Of a stretch of 64,000 nt of DNA, positions 17,820 through 27,580 are shown piece after piece. Numbering within the stretch: position 1 is the stretch's first letter; each line of letters opens with the position of its first letter. The notes below the pieces were generated by a model, which did no database searches, had not been told where the DNA came from, and worked only from the letters and a program-made list of their open reading frames with translations. This DNA comes from a virus, in IMG/VR virus record IMGVR_UViG_3300042691_047309, positions 64,001 through 128,000 of that record; one strand, 5' to 3'. The position numbers and the translations under genes are program-made.

Positions 17820-18787
17820 TTTCCTTCAAATTTGCTTTCCATTTTATCAATAATTTCTTGAGGTAAGTTTTCTAATCTCAAATCTATTAATTTAACATTA
17901 CCTTGAATGTTTTCTACAATAGTTTCAATTTGTGTTTTACTCAATTTCTTTTTCTCACAAATCAAATCAGCTATATTCTCATATAGATCAGGATCTTCTA
18001 AACTAATCTCACCAAATTCTAAAAGATAATTATCATAGATTGTTTTGGCACCTTTGGCTCCAATTCCTCTCTTTTTGCCGTTTTTAACTTGAGACCAAAC
18101 AGATCCAATATTATCAGATTGGTCTCCTGAAATTATCTTAACCACTAATGATTCCATAGGATCAATTTCAACAATTTCATATTTAGTTAAGAATCTATTA
18201 AGTAAAGTCAAATAATCAGAGTTATCATTTAGATTAAAAATATCATCATTTGGTAAATTTTTAACTTCTGAGATAAAAATCTGATAATTTTTTGGCATAA
18301 AAAGTTTTTCTTTATTATACATTTCATTTGTCATAATATTAATCCAAAGTGGATCGATTGAATACCCAACAATTTGTTTGATATCATGGTCATTAGAAAC
18401 AATAATTGTAGATCGACCTTCTTCATTTGCTTTAGTTGTTAAAAATGAAATCCAATCATCTCCTTCAACATGAGGTGCTTCTAAAATTTTCACTAATCCA
18501 GACATTGATTGTTTGAATTCATCATAAGCATTATAAACAAAAGACCAATCAATATCATTATCTTTTTTTCGATTAGCTTTATAAGCTTTTGTTAGTTGTT
18601 TTCTCCAAGATTTTTCTTTAGAGTCTGATACAAGATAAACATTAGCAAACGGATACCACTTTCTATAGTTGTTAATCGCGTTTTCTAATGATTTATGTAG
18701 TGCGCCGTACAGTAAGTTGTTTTTGTGAAGTGTGAAAACCAATCTTGACAAGATATAATTTCCATCTATTACTAAGTCACATATCAT
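17816..18787 (-). CDS. T4 RNase H-like 5'-3' exonuclease / flap endonuclease
   Basis: LVIDGN; SWRK...YKANR; EGDD; IVSNDHD..Q; ISGDQSDNI; GIGAK.A. Confidence 0.9.
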   Translation of the reverse strand: MICDLVIDGNYILSRLVFTLHKNNLLYGALHKSLENAINNYRKWYPFANVYLVSDSKEKSWRKQLTKAYKANRKKDNDIDWSFVYNAYDEFKQSMSGLVKILEAPHVEGDDWISFLTTKANEEGRSTIIVSNDHDIKQIVGYSIDPLWINIMTNEMYNKEKLFMPKNYQIFISEVKNLPNDDIFNLNDNSDYLTLLNRFLTKYEIVEIDPMESLVVKIISGDQSDNIGSVWSQVKNGKKRGIGAKGAKTIYDNYLLEFGEISLEDPDLYENIADLICEKKKLSKTQIETIVENIQGNVKLIDLRLENLPQEIIDKMESKFEGK

Positions 18788-18828
18788 TAAAATATAATTA
18801 TTTTTTAATTATATCTATTAATCTGGAC

Positions 18829-19197
18829 TTAGTTTATAATATCATCTATCTTTTTGTCCCTTTCTAACCACTTAAACTTTTTCTCTAAATAGTCTTCAAT
18901 TTCAGATGGAAAGAAAGTATTATTTTTATGTAATTCATCTAAAAAAGGTTTTCCTAAAACATTAAGTATAGCAATATTAGTTATTAAATTCGAATCTCTA
19001 TAGTGACCGTTATTTGACACTTCAACATCTTCACCTAAAATATGATAAGTTATTTTTGAAGCTCCTATTGTAAATGATGAACCATTATAAACCAAACTTG
19101 TCCCAGAAACCGTAGTCGATGTATTTGAGGATGAGCCAGTAATTGCAAAGATACCGGGAGGTATTTGTAGATTGGTTTGTTTTTTAGCCATATCCAT
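18829..19197 (-). CDS. Hypothetical protein with C-terminal RDKKIDDII tail
   Basis: ORF track; tail motif. Confidence 0.7.
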   Translation of the reverse strand: MDMAKKQTNLQIPPGIFAITGSSSNTSTTVSGTSLVYNGSSFTIGASKITYHILGEDVEVSNNGHYRDSNLITNIAILNVLGKPFLDELHKNNTFFPSEIEDYLEKKFKWLERDKKIDDIIN

Positions 19198-19220
19198 TCT
19201 ATCTAAAATCAGATAAAAGT

Positions 19221-20825
19221 TTATTTAACTATTGTGTGTGGTGCTGACCAATCCGACTCTGATTTAGCAAATCTGATAATTGATGATACTATGTGATTTC
19301 TATCATCTTCTGGTAGTCTTTCTACAAAATCTGTAAAGAAAATAGCTTGAAGTCTTGAGTTTATAGCAGAATCTTTTTCTTTTGTGAGATCGTTATAGAA
19401 TATAGTCTTCAATTCAGCTTTAGTAAATTCATAGTTTTGATCCATATACTCTTTAAGATTTTCTAAGTCTTTTGATTTTCTAATATATGTCAGTATAGTA
19501 TATGGGTTTATTGAGACATCTTTTCCAGTTATTTGTATTGTGAAGTTTTTATTTAATTCAAATTTGATAAGAGCTCCTGCTTTTCCAGACATATGCTCTG
19601 CTTTTGAAGAACCTTTAACCTCTAAAGAAATGGCTTGCTCTAATCCAGTCACAAAAGTCCTAACATCAATTTCTCCAGCTCCTTTAATTTGTGGCTCAAC
19701 TTTTTCCTCAGCCCCGTCTTCAATTAATTGACCAAGCAAAGCATAGTCATAATAAATCTTAGTTCCAGTTGTATTAGGACTTGCTTTGTATTTATTATAC
19801 ATATGTACGAATTTAGAAGCAGTGTCTGTATTAACTGGGAAAAATCCTGATTGTCTTTTAGTTTGTTGTTTTAGTGATACACCAACAACTCCAGTTGCAT
19901 TCTTAATTGATTCTCCTAAAAAGTCATTTAGTTCCTGTAAAGAAGTCACACCTAATCTTTTAAATCTTTTTTCAACAGAATTTGTACTTAAATCTCTACA
20001 AGTCCATTCATACCCTTTAAATACTAACCAACAATCCGATGGATTCCATTTTGCAATATTTATTCTATCTGGAAGTGATGTGAATGATGAAATACCTTTT
20101 GATATTTTTTCTTTTTCTTCTTTAAGTGTATTTAAGAAAAAAGTATTAACAGAATATTTTGAAGAGTTTTTATAAATTCCAGATAAATCACTGATACTGT
20201 CTTTATAAACATCAATAATCGACTGACATTGTTTTAACATACCTTCAACAATATTTACATTATCTTCTTCGTATTTTTCAAATTTTTGTTTAATATCATT
20301 TCTGTATTTACCAATAGTCGCTTTTCTATAACCATCAATACCTTGACCAAATTCAATTGGTACTCTACCATCGTGATTGTAACATTCGATTGCAATTCCA
20401 TAATCTTCCCACAATTTGAAAGTAAAAAGTATAACAAATACAGTTTCTCTAAAGTAATCACCTCTGGCTGATGCTCCTTTTCTATCTAACTGTTTAATCA
20501 TAACAGTTTTGATTCCTTTTTTAGCTACAGCAAATGGAAATTTTAATGAAGTTGTTTTATAGATAAATAATTCAGACTTAGGATCTTTGATGTCATTTAT
20601 TTTAAGCACATCTGAAAAAGTAAGTATCTTTAAAGAAGCAGGTCTTATATTGATGACTTTTTCTTCTAAATTAGGTAATTCTTCAGTATAGAATAACTGA
20701 AGTTTTGTTGTTACTTCAACATCATCTTCTTTAACTTCGGTCTTACCATCTCTTGAAAGAGCATAGTTTATATTCCTTTTATTATCATCTAAAGTAGCCT
20801 CAAATAACGACTTAATATACTTCAT
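19221..20825 (-). CDS. Putative PD-(D/E)XK nuclease-like protein with CTS-like leader
   Basis: MKYIKSLFEA; E...KWNPSDCWLV...VVGVSLKQ restriction-fold-like motif; TTAATATATA upstream. Confidence 0.6.
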   Translation of the reverse strand: MKYIKSLFEATLDDNKRNINYALSRDGKTEVKEDDVEVTTKLQLFYTEELPNLEEKVINIRPASLKILTFSDVLKINDIKDPKSELFIYKTTSLKFPFAVAKKGIKTVMIKQLDRKGASARGDYFRETVFVILFTFKLWEDYGIAIECYNHDGRVPIEFGQGIDGYRKATIGKYRNDIKQKFEKYEEDNVNIVEGMLKQCQSIIDVYKDSISDLSGIYKNSSKYSVNTFFLNTLKEEKEKISKGISSFTSLPDRINIAKWNPSDCWLVFKGYEWTCRDLSTNSVEKRFKRLGVTSLQELNDFLGESIKNATGVVGVSLKQQTKRQSGFFPVNTDTASKFVHMYNKYKASPNTTGTKIYYDYALLGQLIEDGAEEKVEPQIKGAGEIDVRTFVTGLEQAISLEVKGSSKAEHMSGKAGALIKFELNKNFTIQITGKDVSINPYTILTYIRKSKDLENLKEYMDQNYEFTKAELKTIFYNDLTKEKDSAINSRLQAIFFTDFVERLPEDDRNHIVSSIIRFAKSESDWSAPHTIVK

Positions 20826-20848
20826 ATAGAGTATATATTAATTTTTAC

Positions 20849-21370
20849 TTACAAAATCTTATTTATTTGGATTTCTCTCCAAAGAGTTCTAAATTCTTCT
20901 CTTATTTCAAAATCATAATCGTAGCAATCCTTTTGTTGATAATAATCGTAATAGCTTTTCTGAATTTTCTTATTTATCTCTTCGTACTTTGGTTTTACAA
21001 GATACCAAGCATCATTTTTCTCTGACCAATCTATTAGATTTTTAATTAAGTCAAAGTTTATTTTTTTAAATCCATTAAGGAATTTAGGATTAGCCCACGA
21101 ATAAAAGTAACTTCTTATTATCTCATTCTTGAAATCAAAAAATCCAGATGGATTGGTAGATAGTGGTGTAGTGAAGTAAAACTCTTCACAACTCCTCATA
21201 AGTATTTTAGTTAATTCTATTACTTTTTTAGGTAATTTATTTTCTAAAATAATATGAGGCACATCATCTATTAAAATACAAATTGGAATCTTTTGAATTT
21301 TTTTGAAATATATTATTCCTTTTGAAAAGGACCAATCTTCATTACTCGGTAGTATTTTATTTAAGTCCAT
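20849..21370 (-). CDS. Hypothetical protein with REIQINKIL tail
   Basis: ORF track; tail motif. Confidence 0.75.
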   Translation of the reverse strand: MDLNKILPSNEDWSFSKGIIYFKKIQKIPICILIDDVPHIILENKLPKKVIELTKILMRSCEEFYFTTPLSTNPSGFFDFKNEIIRSYFYSWANPKFLNGFKKINFDLIKNLIDWSEKNDAWYLVKPKYEEINKKIQKSYYDYYQQKDCYDYDFEIREEFRTLWREIQINKIL

Positions 21371-21683
21371 TTTCTTTTAGTATTTTAAAAAACAAAACCT
21401 TATTATATTCTCTAAGCTCAAATTTTCTTTTTCCGTCTCTATAATATGGTTTATTCCTATTTGGTGAGTATTTCACTTTACTTTTTGAATCCCACATAGA
21501 TGTAGTAATTGTTTTAGAATGAAAATAATCTTGCTTTTCTAAAAAATCAACTATAAGAATTTTTTTAAAGTAATTTTTATTAGCATCTTCAGAATACCAA
21601 TATCTATAACCTTGTGTGTGTCTTTTTAAACGACTCACAATTACTCTTTCTTCTATATGTCTCCGCCAGGCACGACCTCTCAT
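21357..21683 (-). CDS. Basic hypothetical protein
   Basis: ORF track; TATATTTG on the minus strand at 21689-21696, 5 nt before the ATG. Confidence 0.75.
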   Translation of the reverse strand: MRGRAWRRHIEERVIVSRLKRHTQGYRYWYSEDANKNYFKKILIVDFLEKQDYFHSKTITTSMWDSKSKVKYSPNRNKPYYRDGKRKFELREYNKVLFFKILKENGLK

Positions 21684-21700
21684 AATCGCAAATATAAGAT

Positions 21701-22018
21701 TTATTTTAGAATTTCAGAAATCTTCTCATCTCTATCTATTGAATAAGTATCTATAATGAAAATTGGACTACCATCTATTCTTGACCTACTTATAAACTTA
21801 GCCCAGTATTTCTGACCAAAGTATTTTTTATCAATAAGGTTTTTTCTTACCGTTTCATCTTCAGAACTCCAATCGTATCGATGATTTAAGTCATCAATAA
21901 TTTCAAAAGATTTGTCGAAACAAATAAGTTGGTCTTTGGATTCTAAACCAATTTTTTTTATTAGAATTGTCATTTCAGTAATTCTACTTTTCTTAAGTCT
22001 GAATTCTTTCCAAACCAA
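21701..22018 (-). CDS. Hypothetical protein with RDEKISEIL tail (true start probably the internal MTIL)
   Basis: ORF track; tail motif. Confidence 0.65.
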   Translation of the reverse strand: MVWKEFRLKKSRITEMTILIKKIGLESKDQLICFDKSFEIIDDLNHRYDWSSEDETVRKNLIDKKYFGQKYWAKFISRSRIDGSPIFIIDTYSIDRDEKISEILK

Positions 22019-23814
22019 GTTTCAAGTGATGATTTTGAAGCCTCATCTTTTGTAATCATTGTCATTCTTGGCGAATTAATGATATCTTGATACTCATCAT
22101 CGACAAGAGCTGCCAAACCTTTCTTATACTTAATCTCGTATTGTTTTGGATCATTCTTACTTTCCCATTCATTGTATTCGGTCTGTGAGTAAAAAAGAAT
22201 TTTCTTTTTACCCTTTTGTTTTGGAATGGCAACAACAATCGGAGTTTCTACTTTCCAAATCATTTTCCTGTCAAACATATCTGGCCAATATTTATGAAAG
22301 AAGTTAATAAGAAGTCCCGCGATGGAATTCCCATCGACATCAGCATCTACATAAAAAAGTATTCGACCATATCTTAAAGATTTTAAATCAATTTCTTGAC
22401 CTAACTTCAGTCCAATTGCCGCCATCAAATTAACCACTTCATCATTTCCAACCAGTTTTTGATTAGTCATCTCAGATACATTAACAAACTTTCCTTTAAG
22501 TGCAAAAGCACCCATCGTCTCCGGAGTCCTGTATTTTCTAAAAGCTGAAATAGCGGAGTCTCCCTCGAATAATCCAATGGAACATTTCCAACGATCTTTT
22601 CCTTTAGCATCAATTAGTTTTTCAACTTTGATTTTAGATAACTTTTTATTTAATTCTCTTTGAAGTTTTGAGTCTTCAGCACTTTTCTTTTGTTGAATCC
22701 AGTCTAAAATAGAATTGACAATCTCAGATTTAAGAATAGATTGGATTAATTTATTTGGAACCTCATAAGTTGAACCAAAGTCTTTAACTTCTGTAATTAG
22801 TTTCTCTTTTGTTTGAGAAGAAAATGATGGATTAATTATAGTAGAATCTAAGAAAAGAAACATATGTTGTTTTAACTCTGAGGGTTTAACATCAACTTTG
22901 TGTTTTTTCATAAAGAATTCTCTTAGAGATACTACTATTTGATTCATAATATAATCAACGTGTGTTCCTCCATCATAAGTTTCTGTTGAGTTAGCAAAAC
23001 TAACTTGTTGAAATCCATTTTCGGAAAGAGCAATTGCAAATGACCAGTTTTTATCTTTTGATGTTTCATAGAAATAATCTTTGACATATAATTTTATGTA
23101 ATCTTCAAATGAATTGAAATTTATCAAATTCCCATTAAATGTGAATTTGATACTTGGGTTTGTTCCTGCTAAATCATAAACTCTTTTCTCTAACATTTTG
23201 AAATGATCATTATCTATTTTAGACAATCCAAACTGAGATAGGTCTGGTTTATATTTTATTTCTGTGTGATTTGACTTTGACTTTTTAACAATTGGATTAT
23301 TCCTATCTCTCATATTGTTTTTGAATGTTTGTGTAAAATGATTCTTACCATCACATGTAGAGATAGTGAATTCGACAGAGAAGACATTAGTAAGCTTTGC
23401 GCCTAGTCCATTTAAACCAGCTACTGTTCTCTCATCACTGTCATCATAATTACTACCCGACATTAAATTACCAAATATAACTTCTGGGACATATTGATCA
23501 TGTTCTTTGTGAATCACAACCGGTATCCCTCCATTATCTTTAACCGTTATCAAATTATTTTCAGTATCAACAACAACATCTATTTTATTTAAACTTTTGT
23601 TTCTTTTGTGTTCATCAACTGAATTTGTAACAACTTCGTCAAATATTTTAACAAATGATGGTATATATGTTATTTCTCTTTGTAAGATTTTATTATCATC
23701 TATTATGTTTTTAACAGAGGTATTGGGTTTATTCGAACCAACATATGTCTGTGGTCTGAGTAAGATATGTGTTATTTGATCTAATACTTTATACTTATCT
23801 TCTATTTTTTTCAC
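21970..23814 (-). CDS. Type IIA DNA topoisomerase ATPase/TOPRIM subunit (T4 gp39+60-like)
   Basis: HILLRP.TYVGS; FDEVVTNSVDE; DNGGIP; GLNGLGAKLTN; EGDSA; DADVDG; YKKGLA. Confidence 0.96.
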   Translation of the reverse strand: MKKIEDKYKVLDQITHILLRPQTYVGSNKPNTSVKNIIDDNKILQREITYIPSFVKIFDEVVTNSVDEHKRNKSLNKIDVVVDTENNLITVKDNGGIPVVIHKEHDQYVPEVIFGNLMSGSNYDDSDERTVAGLNGLGAKLTNVFSVEFTISTCDGKNHFTQTFKNNMRDRNNPIVKKSKSNHTEIKYKPDLSQFGLSKIDNDHFKMLEKRVYDLAGTNPSIKFTFNGNLINFNSFEDYIKLYVKDYFYETSKDKNWSFAIALSENGFQQVSFANSTETYDGGTHVDYIMNQIVVSLREFFMKKHKVDVKPSELKQHMFLFLDSTIINPSFSSQTKEKLITEVKDFGSTYEVPNKLIQSILKSEIVNSILDWIQQKKSAEDSKLQRELNKKLSKIKVEKLIDAKGKDRWKCSIGLFEGDSAISAFRKYRTPETMGAFALKGKFVNVSEMTNQKLVGNDEVVNLMAAIGLKLGQEIDLKSLRYGRILFYVDADVDGNSIAGLLINFFHKYWPDMFDRKMIWKVETPIVVAIPKQKGKKKILFYSQTEYNEWESKNDPKQYEIKYKKGLAALVDDEYQDIINSPRMTMITKDEASKSSLETWFGKNSDLRKVELLK

Positions 23815-24949
23815 TTTTAAAAATTTCTTTTTTAATTATTTCTATTAATTCTGTTTGTTTTGTTTTTAAATCATCATCACTATATACATGAAAATATTTA
23901 AATCCAGCACTTTCCGCTATTTCTTTTTTTAATCTATCAATTTTTATTTTTTCATCATAACTCATACCATATGCACCCACCCAATCTAAATCATTTTCTT
24001 TAGGATGAAAAGAAATACCATGATATTCAATTATTATTTTTAATGGTTTGATAGTAAAGTCATAAAAAAATAAACATTTATCTAAGTTTATAAACCACTC
24101 TTTTGATGACCCAACTCCCCAATAAATATCATTTTTATCAATTCCATTATTTCTAATATATTTATATATCTCTTTTAAAAAATAGTATGCTTCTTTAGAT
24201 GATTTGTTTATACCAACAACTCTTTTTGATGTTATTTGATTAAATATCTTATTTCCTTCTTCTAATCCATATTTATCTATATAAAATTTTCTCGAAGAGG
24301 TATATGATAATTGATTTAATCTATTATTATATTTAATCAATCCTTCCTCATCACCATATCTATTCACAAAAGACTCCAATGAATTAGTATTTTGTCTTTC
24401 ATTTAGTTTTTTTATAGATTCTTCTTCGCTAAATCCTCTTTTTAACCAATATTGTAATTGTGTCTCGGTTCTATCAATATATTTTTCCGGATATTCTATT
24501 GCTTTTTTAATAAATTTTTCTGAGTTTTCTTTCTGAAATTCTTTTACTTTATTTTCAGAGTCTATATTATTATATCCTCTTTCTATCCAGTATTCTATAT
24601 TACATTTTCTAAAAGATCTTATTTTAAATAATGCCTCTTCTTCTGTATAAAAATTTCCAGTTTTTTCATTTATTTTATTTTTCCAATTTTCAACTTTCAT
24701 TGGAGATGATGGCATTTTTTTAACTACTCTTTTTAGATTTGTTTCTTCTTCTGACCATCCTCTTTTAATCCAATATATTTTTTTATCAGATCCCACTGGT
24801 GGTAAGTCAAGCATTTTTCTAACAAATTGTAAAATTTTATATTTACATTTGATATCAGTTTTTAAAATAGCATCTATAACTTTCTTCTCAACTTCTGGAT
24901 GGAGATTTTTAACTTTATTATCTATAACTTCTTTTACTTTATCAATCAC
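23795..24949 (-). CDS. Free-standing homing-endonuclease-like protein upstream of the topoisomerase gene
   Basis: Repeated YWxxRG(W/Y/F)xxxE helical units and RYG/KYG repeats; C-terminal SSKE...YDF...IIEYHG..FH...D..K Vsr/DUF559-like nuclease motif. Confidence 0.75.
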   Translation of the reverse strand: MIDKVKEVIDNKVKNLHPEVEKKVIDAILKTDIKCKYKILQFVRKMLDLPPVGSDKKIYWIKRGWSEEETNLKRVVKKMPSSPMKVENWKNKINEKTGNFYTEEEALFKIRSFRKCNIEYWIERGYNNIDSENKVKEFQKENSEKFIKKAIEYPEKYIDRTETQLQYWLKRGFSEEESIKKLNERQNTNSLESFVNRYGDEEGLIKYNNRLNQLSYTSSRKFYIDKYGLEEGNKIFNQITSKRVVGINKSSKEAYYFLKEIYKYIRNNGIDKNDIYWGVGSSKEWFINLDKCLFFYDFTIKPLKIIIEYHGISFHPKENDLDWVGAYGMSYDEKIKIDRLKKEIAESAGFKYFHVYSDDDLKTKQTELIEIIKKEIFKSEKNRR

Positions 24950-25048
24950 AACTAATGGTTCCGTTTTTACTTATATATTAAATAAAAAAGATATAATTTA
25001 TCCATAGTAGATTTAGTTTGTGATTGAAAGAAAGTATTTGTTTATTTC

Positions 25049-25744
25049 CTACATTGATTCAACATCATCCCAATTATCTTCTCCTTTTAAAGGAATACGA
25101 GGATTTACATCAAAATTTTGATTTAAAAATTGCTTTAATTCATTTTCGATATAATTATCTGGAACAACCATATCTGGATTTTCCAAACTCATTTTTTTAG
25201 ACAATTCAAATGAGAATTGTTGAAGAACTTCTGGTCTAATTGCAGCTACTAATCTATCCGATACAACAAATGCTCTTGTGAATCTATCTTTAACAGGTAT
25301 TTCTCCTTCAGCCACTTTCATTGAGCTATCTATAAAGCTTTTTAGAAAACCCTCATAACTATGTGATGAATCTTGTAAAATAGGTGCTAATATTTTATTA
25401 AAAGCTCTTGTAGATCCAAAAATCATTCCAAATATTGCTGCTATTGGAAAGAATGGAGCAAGAGCCATTGGAACTATTCTATGAATAGCTTTAACTATTC
25501 CAACTTTCAAGTCTGTTCTCTTTTTAGCTGTTTGTGCATCTAGGAATAAAGCTCTTAGCATCCCAAATTTAATTTGTTTATCTTGTGTTTTTAAATAATC
25601 AGCCAAGTGACCTCTGTGTGCAAAATAAAGATGACGATTGATTTCATCTTCGTCAGTTATGCCAAGTCTTTGTAATTCGGCTTTGAAATTATCATCAAAT
25701 TTCTCTAATATAAGGAACTGATTATACCTATTAATTTTTTTCAT
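25049..25744 (-). CDS. Hypothetical protein with CTS-like leader and a hydrophobic segment
   Basis: MKKINRYNQFLILEK; TTAATATATA at 25750-25759. Confidence 0.75.
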   Translation of the reverse strand: MKKINRYNQFLILEKFDDNFKAELQRLGITDEDEINRHLYFAHRGHLADYLKTQDKQIKFGMLRALFLDAQTAKKRTDLKVGIVKAIHRIVPMALAPFFPIAAIFGMIFGSTRAFNKILAPILQDSSHSYEGFLKSFIDSSMKVAEGEIPVKDRFTRAFVVSDRLVAAIRPEVLQQFSFELSKKMSLENPDMVVPDNYIENELKQFLNQNFDVNPRIPLKGEDNWDDVESM

Positions 25745-25854
25745 TAATCTATATATTAATTATTTAATATTAATTTAACATTTTAAAACCTTTTATAATT
25801 TGATTTTTTAATTGATTTTTAAACTAAGGTAATTTTTTATAGAATAAATAAGAT

Positions 25855-26820
25855 ATGAAAATTCTATATGGAATTCAACTTAACGGAAATGGTCATATAA
25901 CAAGATCTATAGAACTAATCAATAAATTAAAGTCAGTTGGATATGAGGTTGATGTTATATCTTCTGGTAATAACTCTAATTTAGAATTACCATTTGAACA
26001 TAATCATTTTGATGGGTTATCAATATTTTGTAATGACTCTGGATCAATTGATTGGAGAAAAACAATAAAACAAGCTAATATTATAAAATTAATAAAAGAT
26101 TCAATGCTAGATGTAAGTGGATATGACTTAGTTATATCTGACTTTGAGCCTATATCTGCTTGGTCTGCCAAAAGATGTGGTGTTAAATCATTAGGAATTG
26201 CTAATCAATATTCTTTAATGTCAAATAAGACACCTAAGATTAAAAGTTTATTCTCATTACAGTTTATAAGAAATTTTGCATCTTGTAGTGAATACATCGC
26301 ACTTAGTTATGAAAAATTTGATGATTTTATTTATCAGCCATTTATATCTGATTACTTTTTAAAAAGTGAAGTAAATGATAAGAAATTCTTTTTAATTTAT
26401 TTACCATCTTATAATTTAGATTATATACTAAACCAATTATCTGAATTTAAACAATATAAATGGAGAGTTTACTCCAATGAAGAACATTCAAATGAATTGA
26501 AAAATATAAAAGTTATAAAACTAAATAAAGATAAATTTCAAAAAGACTTAACTAATTGTAGTGGTGTTATAACCGCATCTGGTTTTTCAACAACATCAGA
26601 GGCTCTGATACTAAACAAAAAACTATGGTCAATTCCTATTCAAAGTCAGTATGAGCAATTATCTAATTCTTTACTATTGCAAAATATGGGTGTTTTTACT
26701 GATAATTTAAACAGTGATAACTTAAAAAATTGGCTAGATAATTATCAAAAAGTTGATTACAAATGGGAAAATCCAATAGAAGACATTCTATTAAAAATTA
26801 AAAACATATATGAAGGTTAA
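25855..26820 (+). CDS. GT-B glycosyltransferase (MJ1255 / GT28-like)
   Basis: KILYGIQ.NGNGHITR; DLVISDFEP; ASGFST.SEAL; P...QYEQ..N. Confidence 0.88.
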   Translation: MKILYGIQLNGNGHITRSIELINKLKSVGYEVDVISSGNNSNLELPFEHNHFDGLSIFCNDSGSIDWRKTIKQANIIKLIKDSMLDVSGYDLVISDFEPISAWSAKRCGVKSLGIANQYSLMSNKTPKIKSLFSLQFIRNFASCSEYIALSYEKFDDFIYQPFISDYFLKSEVNDKKFFLIYLPSYNLDYILNQLSEFKQYKWRVYSNEEHSNELKNIKVIKLNKDKFQKDLTNCSGVITASGFSTTSEALILNKKLWSIPIQSQYEQLSNSLLLQNMGVFTDNLNSDNLKNWLDNYQKVDYKWENPIEDILLKIKNIYEG

Positions 26821-27544
26821 AACATTATTTATATCTGATGTGCATTTAGGAACATCGAAATGTCAAGCAGATAAATTACTAAATGTACTTAGAGACTACG
26901 ATTATCAAGAATTAGTGATTGTTGGTGACTTTATAGATCTTACTTCACTTAAAAGAAAGTTTTACTGGAAAGCAGATCACTCAACTGTTATACAAAAGAT
27001 TTTGAGAGCATCCAGAAAAGGAACTAAAGTTACATATATCTTAGGAAATCACGATTACTTCTTAAGAGGTTTGATAAAAGAAGATAATATAAATTTAGGA
27101 GATATTCTTATTTGTGATGAGTATTTCTATAAAACATCAAAAGGTGAGACAATTTATATTTGCCACGGTGACCAATTTGATGGTTTTATTAGGCTACACC
27201 CTTTCTTATATGTTTTAGGTGACTGGGCTTATGAGATAAGTTTTAGAATTAATAAATGGTATAATAAAATCAGAAGATTTTTTGGATTAGAATATTGGTC
27301 TTTATCACAATATCTTAAATCAAAAGTTAAGAATGCTATTTCATTTATTAATGATTTTAAGATTTTATCAATGAAAAGACTGGAAGAAGTTGAATGTGAT
27401 TCAATTATGATAGGTCATATTCACACACCAGCAATTGAAAAAATAGGTGAAAAAACTTACTATAATACCGGTGACTTCTGTGAAAGTTGCTCATTTTTAT
27501 ATGAAGATTTAAGTGGTGATATCAAACTTGTTATATTGGATTAG
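26810..27544 (+). CDS. PlcP/LpxH-like metallophosphoesterase (phospholipase C type)
   Basis: ISDVHLG; VGDFID; GNHD (His, not the Arg of LpxH); HGDQFD; YWSLS.YLK.KVK; GHIH; NTGDFCES. Confidence 0.85.
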   Translation: MKVKTLFISDVHLGTSKCQADKLLNVLRDYDYQELVIVGDFIDLTSLKRKFYWKADHSTVIQKILRASRKGTKVTYILGNHDYFLRGLIKEDNINLGDILICDEYFYKTSKGETIYICHGDQFDGFIRLHPFLYVLGDWAYEISFRINKWYNKIRRFFGLEYWSLSQYLKSKVKNAISFINDFKILSMKRLEEVECDSIMIGHIHTPAIEKIGEKTYYNTGDFCESCSFLYEDLSGDIKLVILD

Positions 27545-27580
27545 ATAAAAACAAAAATAAGTTTTTACTATATACGAGTT

